From assembly GCF_018398935.1 (NCBI RefSeq), contig NZ_CP074694.1:2340001-2372000 (forward strand): a stretch of DNA of 32,000 nt. The letters are read 5' to 3'. The translations under genes and the position numbers were made by a program. A model generated the notes under the pieces. That model saw nothing but the letters and a program-made list of their open reading frames with translations. It was not told where the DNA came from and ran no database searches. Shown here piece by piece: positions 1-5,806 of the stretch. Every line of letters begins with the position of its first letter. Within the stretch, counting starts at the first letter, position 1. This stretch comes from Telmatocola sphagniphila. Lineage in GTDB: Bacteria > Planctomycetota > Planctomycetia > Gemmatales > Gemmataceae.

Positions 1-1459
1 GGGGAGCTGCCGTTTTGGATAAGTTGCGGGCAATCGAACCTAGGCAAAGCTGGGCCAGCGGCGCGAGCCCAGGTATCGGCGAGTTCCTGGCCAGATCGCG
101 CACGGCTTCTTCTAGGGCTAGAGTCGGGGCCTTAATCTGGGAGATCGTAACCAATAAAGATTGTGCCACGAGAGGTTCCGGGGAACGCGCTTTCAGCAGA
201 TTGAGTAGGGCCAGTTGACTCTCATCATCGCCGACACTCACCAAAGCGGTTGGGATGAGCTTCAGGGTCAGACTGCCGGGTGTTGCCCGCCTTGCCAAAT
301 CTCCCCAGCGCTCGCTCGATTCCGGATGAACGACCATAAAGGCCTTAATTTTCAAATAGAGAGGAGTCTGATCTTTTTTCTCCTGTTGGTTACTCTCTTC
401 ACGAACTAAATCCGCGACGAGACTTTCGAAGGTGGAATCGCCGAGCTGCTTAATTTGCAGTTTCTTAATGTCGGCGGGAGCAAAATGATTCGTGAGGGTT
501 TCCGGATTGACGCTCTCAGCTATTTTTGAACTCTGCTTGATGAGAAGGCTCAGCTGTTCTGCAGATGCATGTTCGTTTCTCAGAAATTCATATCGAATGC
601 TCGATTCACTTGTAGAAAGAGTGGTGTCGCTAACTAAAACTTCTGTACTTTCGGTTCCTTCGATGGAGCGCACTAGACCGAGCTGGGAATCGAATATAAT
701 TTGCAAGCTGCCGGCTGGAACGAAGGTCATTCCCATAGTCTCTTCACCAGTTGTTCGATGGAACTTAGGAGGCTCAATTTCTTCTCGGCTTTTAATGAGT
801 GCAATTCGCTCGGGGTGAATACTGAAATTCGACTGATAGACGGCTCGACAACGACCTGCGGGTACGTCCTCCCAAACTTCCCAGGCCTCCGGATCCTGTT
901 CGTCCTTAGGTAAGCTAACTTGAAAGGACGCTATGATCGTCCGAAACGAATTCCGGGATAGTTCGTCATAATATTGAGGAAACAGCAGTGAGTGAATCTG
1001 CCCCTGGAGATCGAGATCCGCAATCACAGGCTTGGCAAAGTCGGTTGATATTTTCTTGGCACTCTCTAAAAGCAACTGCTCGCCCAAAAGAAGCACAATC
1101 TCCGAGTTGGGCATGGAGTAGGCAACTCGCAGCGTGTCGTTATTTCTCTCCAAGACGGCGACCGACAGTTCCCCTTCCGCAATAATTTTCATAGACTGGG
1201 TTTGCTTGCCCGTGACAACCAACTTTTGACCATTACCGAGGGAATTTAAATCGATAGCTCCAGACCCCGCATAGCGGAAACTGTAGATAGAGCGCTCACC
1301 TGGAAGAAGCCGGTACGAAAAGGTGGGAGAATGAAAAAGAAGGGGTCGAAGCACTCCCCCCGCTAAAAAACCGGAACAGATAACGAATACGAGAGAAAAC
1401 CAATACCACTGGATGTGACTGCCGTTTATGATCGAAGACCGAGATTTTAGCGTAATCAT
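1..1459 (-). CDS. Hypothetical membrane-anchored protein, N-terminal 486 codons only (C-terminus lies beyond the window start)
   Basis: Absent from the ORF track because it has no in-window stop. The minus-strand ATG is at 1459-1457, preceded by GGAG (complement of 1468-1471, 8-nt spacer). The translation starts MITLKSRSSIINGSHIQWYWFSLVFVICSGFLAGGVLRPLL (one hydrophobic anchor) and ends ...LAQLCLGSIARNLSKTAAP at position 2. I checked every codon of this frame by hand across 1-600 and found no stop. The remainder read through cleanly but was checked less rigorously. No family recognised. Confidence 0.6.
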   Translation of the reverse strand, partial: MITLKSRSSIINGSHIQWYWFSLVFVICSGFLAGGVLRPLLFHSPTFSYRLLPGERSIYSFRYAGSGAIDLNSLGNGQKLVVTGKQTQSMKIIAEGELSVAVLERNNDTLRVAYSMPNSEIVLLLGEQLLLESAKKISTDFAKPVIADLDLQGQIHSLLFPQYYDELSRNSFRTIIASFQVSLPKDEQDPEAWEVWEDVPAGRCRAVYQSNFSIHPERIALIKSREEIEPPKFHRTTGEETMGMTFVPAGSLQIIFDSQLGLVRSIEGTESTEVLVSDTTLSTSESSIRYEFLRNEHASAEQLSLLIKQSSKIAESVNPETLTNHFAPADIKKLQIKQLGDSTFESLVADLVREESNQQEKKDQTPLYLKIKAFMVVHPESSERWGDLARRATPGSLTLKLIPTALVSVGDDESQLALLNLLKARSPEPLVAQSLLVTISQIKAPTLALEEAVRDLARNSPIPGLAPLAQLCLGSIARNLSKTAAP

Positions 1460-1538
1460 ATTATAATCTCCGATGTAGGCACAAACTTGTTATAATCCGG
1501 TTGCAAATGACAACCAGATGTAAATTATCTTCGAGTAA

Positions 1539-3170
1539 TTATTTCAAAGGAATAATCTTTTCTGTCGGGTAAATTAGATCCCCATTGATGGGGGTCCAAT
1601 CGGGCCAAGAAAACAACTTGTAATCGGCTACTTGCTGCCAGCTAAGATTCCAAACGTCAGGAAAATTAGGCAGATTCATTTTGCCGATGATATCGATTTC
1701 GCCGCCTAGAAGTGAAAGTGTGTCGTTCGCATAATAATCGAATATTAATTCGGGTGTATTAGCAAAACTGAGGGTCACAGATCCATAAAGATTGAATGAT
1801 TCATTGATAAGGTTCAAGGTTCCACTCACATCGAGTTCAACTTCATCCAACAATGAAACACCGACAGTTGCATAAATTGTGCATGAGATCTTCAAAGCGG
1901 GATTTATCGAAGCCGTGGTAGGCGCAAGTAGGAAATTCATGTTGGCTTTAAAATCACCCTTTGTGGCGAGGCCAACATCGACCCCAAAAAAGAGAATGGG
2001 TACCGTAACATCTAAAAGTGGTACATCGTAGGGATAGTCCGCATTGATGATTTGAAAATCGGCGGGCAAGGATTGATTGAGCGGTGTGAAGATATCGTTT
2101 CCTAAAAATGTCGCGGAGAGTTGGACCTGGCCAGTAGAAGTGTTTTCAAAGCTTGCACTGGTCAATTCGGCGTGACTATCAAAGAGGTCAAATTTATTTC
2201 CGAATATATATCCTCCCGCCTGGGTCGCGGCCTTTACGTGCAAATTCTGCGAGAACATGGTAGCATAACCTTCGACCTCATAATTACCATTAACGTAAGC
2301 TTCGACGGAGCCTTGATTACCGAGTTGCCAGTTCCAGGGTTGAGTGTAATTCCAATTCCAGCTTTTAAATAGATTAGCGATCGTGGAGACGGACGAGGTG
2401 CTGATTTTGGTACCATTTATAAATTCGTGTGCGGAAGTGAGTTCTTTCTTCACTATTGCAACACTATCCGCATACTTCTGCCCTTTGACAGGCGTCGCAG
2501 TTAACTTCTTAAATACAGGTTGAAGCTCGCTTAAAAGTTTGGTTTCGGCCGGAGTAATCTTTTGATTATATTTTGTGAAATGTTCGGAATTCGCTTGTTG
2601 CCATTTTGCAATATGAACATCGTTAATCTTGATACTTTTAGAAGAATTAGAAAGGTTAGCTTTAGTATATTTGCTGACGATGGCTGAGGCTTTTTGTTCC
2701 GTTGCTGGAGTGACTTTGGTCATCAAATTGCTGATATGAGCTCTTTGTTTTGCGAAATCTGCTTCTGAAACGTTGCTCTTTGATGTCATCGTCAGTGGAT
2801 GTTTAGCTTTGTTCCGAATACTAAAACCATAGCTATTCAGCTTTTGCTCCGCTTTATTCAGAAAGCTCAAGTAATCTCCGAGTTTTACTGTTTTTTTATT
2901 AGCCAGCGTTAGCTGCATGTCCGAAGTCGCCTTCTTTCCTACTTTATCGAAGTCGGAAAGTTCAAATTTCTTGAACGCCACAGGCTTTAATGCATTCGTT
3001 GCAGTAAAATCCATTTCCTTAAGAGTAACCTTTCGCATTGCAAACTTTGGCTTATTCACTTTATTTTGTGTCTTAGTTTGCCCGAAGCAGACTGCACCCG
3101 TTGTCGTAGAGAGTAGCGCACAAAGCCCGAGTGTCAACAACTTTTTTTTTCGCCCAAATAATCTCATGAC
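1539..3170 (-). CDS. Secreted hypothetical protein encoded by an AT-rich gene (Lys/Asn/Ser-rich N-half, aromatic beta-rich C-half)
   Basis: ORF 1539..3221. I prefer the internal ATG at 3170 because it gives a classical signal peptide (MRLFGRKKKLLTLGLCALLSTTTGAVCFGQ) and has GGAG 7 nt upstream. No family recognised. Hand GC counts for lines 1741-1800 and 2581-2640 are about 33 percent. Confidence 0.75.
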   Translation of the reverse strand, partial: VMRLFGRKKKLLTLGLCALLSTTTGAVCFGQTKTQNKVNKPKFAMRKVTLKEMDFTATNALKPVAFKKFELSDFDKVGKKATSDMQLTLANKKTVKLGDYLSFLNKAEQKLNSYGFSIRNKAKHPLTMTSKSNVSEADFAKQRAHISNLMTKVTPATEQKASAIVSKYTKANLSNSSKSIKINDVHIAKWQQANSEHFTKYNQKITPAETKLLSELQPVFKKLTATPVKGQKYADSVAIVKKELTSAHEFINGTKISTSSVSTIANLFKSWNWNYTQPWNWQLGNQGSVEAYVNGNYEVEGYATMFSQNLHVKAATQAGGYIFGNKFDLFDSHAELTSASFENTSTGQVQLSATFLGNDIFTPLNQSLPADFQIINADYPYDVPLLDVTVPILFFGVDVGLATKGDFKANMNFLLAPTTASINPALKISCTIYATVGVSLLDEVELDVSGTLNLINESFNLYGSVTLSFANTPELIFDYYANDTLSLLGGEIDIIGKMNLPNFPDVWNLSWQQVADYKLFSWPDWTPINGDLIYPTEKIIPLK

Positions 3171-3317
3171 AAACTCCTGGAAGTAATCCCGTAAAGACAA
3201 TGGGTACCAATCGATATGCATGCGAGAGAACGAAATCGCTAGGACTTGGCCAAGCTATCCGGCTGAAGTGTCCTGATCGAAATACTCTCTAAGGATTAAC
3301 TGCCGGGACGAGCGAAC

Positions 3318-3347
3318 AGTATACAGCAAAAATCGATTTCTTTGCAA
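3318..3347 (-). promoter_or_regulatory. Candidate sigma70-type promoter for the 1539-3170 gene
   Basis: Read on the minus strand: TTGCAA (3347-3342), an 18-nt spacer, then TATACT (complement of 3318-3323). It lies about 150 nt upstream of the ATG at 3170, in the 211-nt gap after the preceding gene. Planctomycetal promoter rules are poorly known, so this is pattern matching only. Confidence 0.3.
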
Positions 3348-3381
3348 TTTCTGAGTTCTTGGTCTGGAATGACATCACTCA

Positions 3382-5769
3382 TCAGTTTTTTGTGGGTTTG
3401 ATACTGATGTCGTGCGTGGTGAGTTGATCGGTAACCACAATCGAAGTTTGAACCGTTTGATGACCGGTCAAGCTCACTTCGACTTGGTAAGTACCGGCAG
3501 TCGCTATGGCTGGCAGAAAGTGACCATCGGCACCTGATTTACCCGTTGCCAAGTTGCCCCCTTTTTGGGAAATTACAATCTGAGCTCCGATAAGCGGACG
3601 AACCGGATTCGAACCCGCTTCAATGATCCGGATGCTCAATTTGGTATCGACTTTGGGATCCGATTTAACGGCTTTTTTGAGATGAACATCTTGCTTAAGA
3701 TCGTTATCAGAAAGAGTAAAGTCCACCTTTGCAGGAAGGTAGCCGTTCAAGCTAGCTTCGAACTGAAACTTTCCTGACACCAATCCGGTAGGAGAATAAT
3801 TCCCATCTGCCCCCGTTTTTCCCGTGGCGATTGTTCTTCCAGCTTGACTGATTGTTACTTGAACGTTACCTAAAGGACGTAATGGATTGGTCCCATTTTC
3901 CACAACACGGAAAATAATGGTACCCACCTTGGGGGACGCCCCCGTCGTTTTAACCAGAGGTTTTAAAATGACTTCGCGATCGATACTTTTATCCTTGATG
4001 TTGATCGAGATTTGCACGTTCTGATATCCGGAATGAGAAATATCAACCTGATAATTTCCCGCGCTGAGATTGGATATCTTGATACTCCCATCTTTCTCCG
4101 ACTGCCCTTTAGCCACTTCTTTTTTCATCAGCGATGCGATAATTTTGCTACCTTCCAGAGGATGGGATTTCTCACCGACTTTTTCGATGATATGGAGAAT
4201 CAGCGTGGGTTTACCAGTAGCTGAATCGACGGATGGCTTCAAAAATACATCCCGACTAATCTCTTTTCCCTCGATGGAAATGGTTGATTGCGAGGTCTGA
4301 TAACCCGGTTTGCTGACTTCCAACTGAAAGCGGCCCGAGGCGAGATTCCGCAGGGTACATTGCCCGTCTTTTCCCGTTTTCCCTGACGCCACTTCTTTTT
4401 GATTTTCCATCAAAACCAGTTGGCCCCCTTCCAAGGGGTGTCTTTTTTCGCCGAAATTTTCCCAAACATGTATGTCGAGAACCCCTTGAGCTTTGGGCGA
4501 CAAATTGTTGGCTTCCACTGTAGATCCTGCGACCAAAACCAATTCTGCTCGATTTTCACCCATCGCTTGAATAGTCAGCTTTTTACCAAGCGACTTATAA
4601 CCGTTCGAGGTCACCAATAAAGTATAGCTACCAGCCGCTCTGGGCTGGAATTGGATTTTTCCTTCCCCATTGGTGATACCCCGTAAAGCTTGATTGAGCG
4701 GTTCCCCCTCTTTTCGAAGTAAGATGTTGGCACCTGGTAAAGGTTTCTTCCCTTTACCATCGGAGACGGCGACATAAACGGTCGCCGAGAAAGTCAATTC
4801 TTTCTCCAGTTGAATCTCCAATAATGTGTATCGATGGGGGAGAACTACTTTTAGGCCGCTTTTAGTCGTGCGATAGCCCTGACCAGAAGTCTCAATCTCA
4901 TAATTTCCGGGTGCTAGGTCTCGAGAAAATACCCCTTTCGAATCTACATCGATCAATTCCGCTTTCAGTTCCGGATGACTCAAGTTCCGCAAGCTGACAC
5001 GGAGCGAAGTCCCTTTAGGAAGCGCTGCTACAGATATCGATCCTTTGATTCCTTGACCGATGGCTTGAACTTCTTTTAGGCGGATGAGCGTGAAATCTTG
5101 AACGGCCTTCTCAGCGGTAATAGAAATTGGTTCTCTGGGGGTTAGGGTTTCATAGCCTATCGCCGATAACGAAGCCAGATACTGACCCGGTTCCAAGGAA
5201 ATTTGATAAACCCCGGGGGTATTACTGCTGGGTCCGTCGGCGAACACCTGGATCAACGGACCAGTTTTGTTCATGTTGCGTAAGGTTATCTTGACTTCGG
5301 GAACGCCAAGCGCAGCCCCAGAACTATCTTTTGCGGATACGAAGCCTCGCAACGAACTTAACGTCACCGCAGGCGTTTTGATCGACTTTTCCTTCGGATC
5401 ACTCTTGCCCCGAACCATTGAAAAATCGCAAGTCGCAAACCCCTCACTCTTCGTCAGAGTGATTCCCCTTCCCTCATTTTCGTCTTTAAAGCCCGGGGCC
5501 TGAATTTTGTATACATACGCACCGGGTATAAGTTGAGCTTTATACAAACCATTCTTATCGGAAGTGACGCTTGACACGACCTTCCCCGAACGATCCTGAA
5601 ATTCAATCTTTGCCCCTTCCACCGCACCTGAGATATGTCCTTTCTCATCCAAAGCCAGCACCCGGCCACTTACTCCCGGTCCGGCCGCCCGCAGAGGAAC
5701 GGTGAACAGAAGCACGAACAAAAGAGTCTTTTTTGCGAGGGAGCCGAACTGTAATGGAATCGGGTGCAT
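3382..5769 (-). CDS. Secreted protein made of eight tandem carboxypeptidase-regulatory-like (CarboxypepD_reg / Cna-B-like) beta-sandwich modules
   Basis: ORF 3382..5916. I prefer the ATG at 5769 (MHPIPLQFGSLAKKTLLFVLLFTVPLRAAGPG signal peptide) because the longer ORF would overlap the upstream gene, whose stop is at 5807. The modules follow the pattern G-x-V-x-[DEN]-x(3-8)-P-L-x-G-A-x-[IV]-x(8-12)-T-G-x-x-G-x-[FY]-x(3-8)-G-x-Y-x-[LVI]-x-[VI]-S-x-x-G-Y. An example is IIEAGSNPVRPLIGAQIVISQKGGNLATGKSGADGHFLPAIATAGTYQVEVSLTGHQ. Confidence 0.8.
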   Translation of the reverse strand: MHPIPLQFGSLAKKTLLFVLLFTVPLRAAGPGVSGRVLALDEKGHISGAVEGAKIEFQDRSGKVVSSVTSDKNGLYKAQLIPGAYVYKIQAPGFKDENEGRGITLTKSEGFATCDFSMVRGKSDPKEKSIKTPAVTLSSLRGFVSAKDSSGAALGVPEVKITLRNMNKTGPLIQVFADGPSSNTPGVYQISLEPGQYLASLSAIGYETLTPREPISITAEKAVQDFTLIRLKEVQAIGQGIKGSISVAALPKGTSLRVSLRNLSHPELKAELIDVDSKGVFSRDLAPGNYEIETSGQGYRTTKSGLKVVLPHRYTLLEIQLEKELTFSATVYVAVSDGKGKKPLPGANILLRKEGEPLNQALRGITNGEGKIQFQPRAAGSYTLLVTSNGYKSLGKKLTIQAMGENRAELVLVAGSTVEANNLSPKAQGVLDIHVWENFGEKRHPLEGGQLVLMENQKEVASGKTGKDGQCTLRNLASGRFQLEVSKPGYQTSQSTISIEGKEISRDVFLKPSVDSATGKPTLILHIIEKVGEKSHPLEGSKIIASLMKKEVAKGQSEKDGSIKISNLSAGNYQVDISHSGYQNVQISINIKDKSIDREVILKPLVKTTGASPKVGTIIFRVVENGTNPLRPLGNVQVTISQAGRTIATGKTGADGNYSPTGLVSGKFQFEASLNGYLPAKVDFTLSDNDLKQDVHLKKAVKSDPKVDTKLSIRIIEAGSNPVRPLIGAQIVISQKGGNLATGKSGADGHFLPAIATAGTYQVEVSLTGHQTVQTSIVVTDQLTTHDISIKPTKN
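3394..5673 (-). repeat. Eight tandem ~83-aa protein-coding modules. Modules 5/6 (approx 3958-4482) and 7/8 (approx 3394-3924) are the most similar pairs.
   Basis: Hand alignment of the translated protein. For example, VLDIHVWENFGEKRHPLEGGQLVLMENQKEVASGKTGKDGQC aligns with TLILHIIEKVGEKSHPLEGSKIIASLMKKEVAKGQSEKDGSI. Likewise GTIIFRVVENGTNPLRPLGNVQVTISQAGRTIATGKTGADGNY aligns with KLSIRIIEAGSNPVRPLIGAQIVISQKGGNLATGKSGADGHF. Confidence 0.75.
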
Positions 5770-5806
5770 GTTCGCCTTTCGACTGAGATTTCTAATGATC
5801 CGCCCT

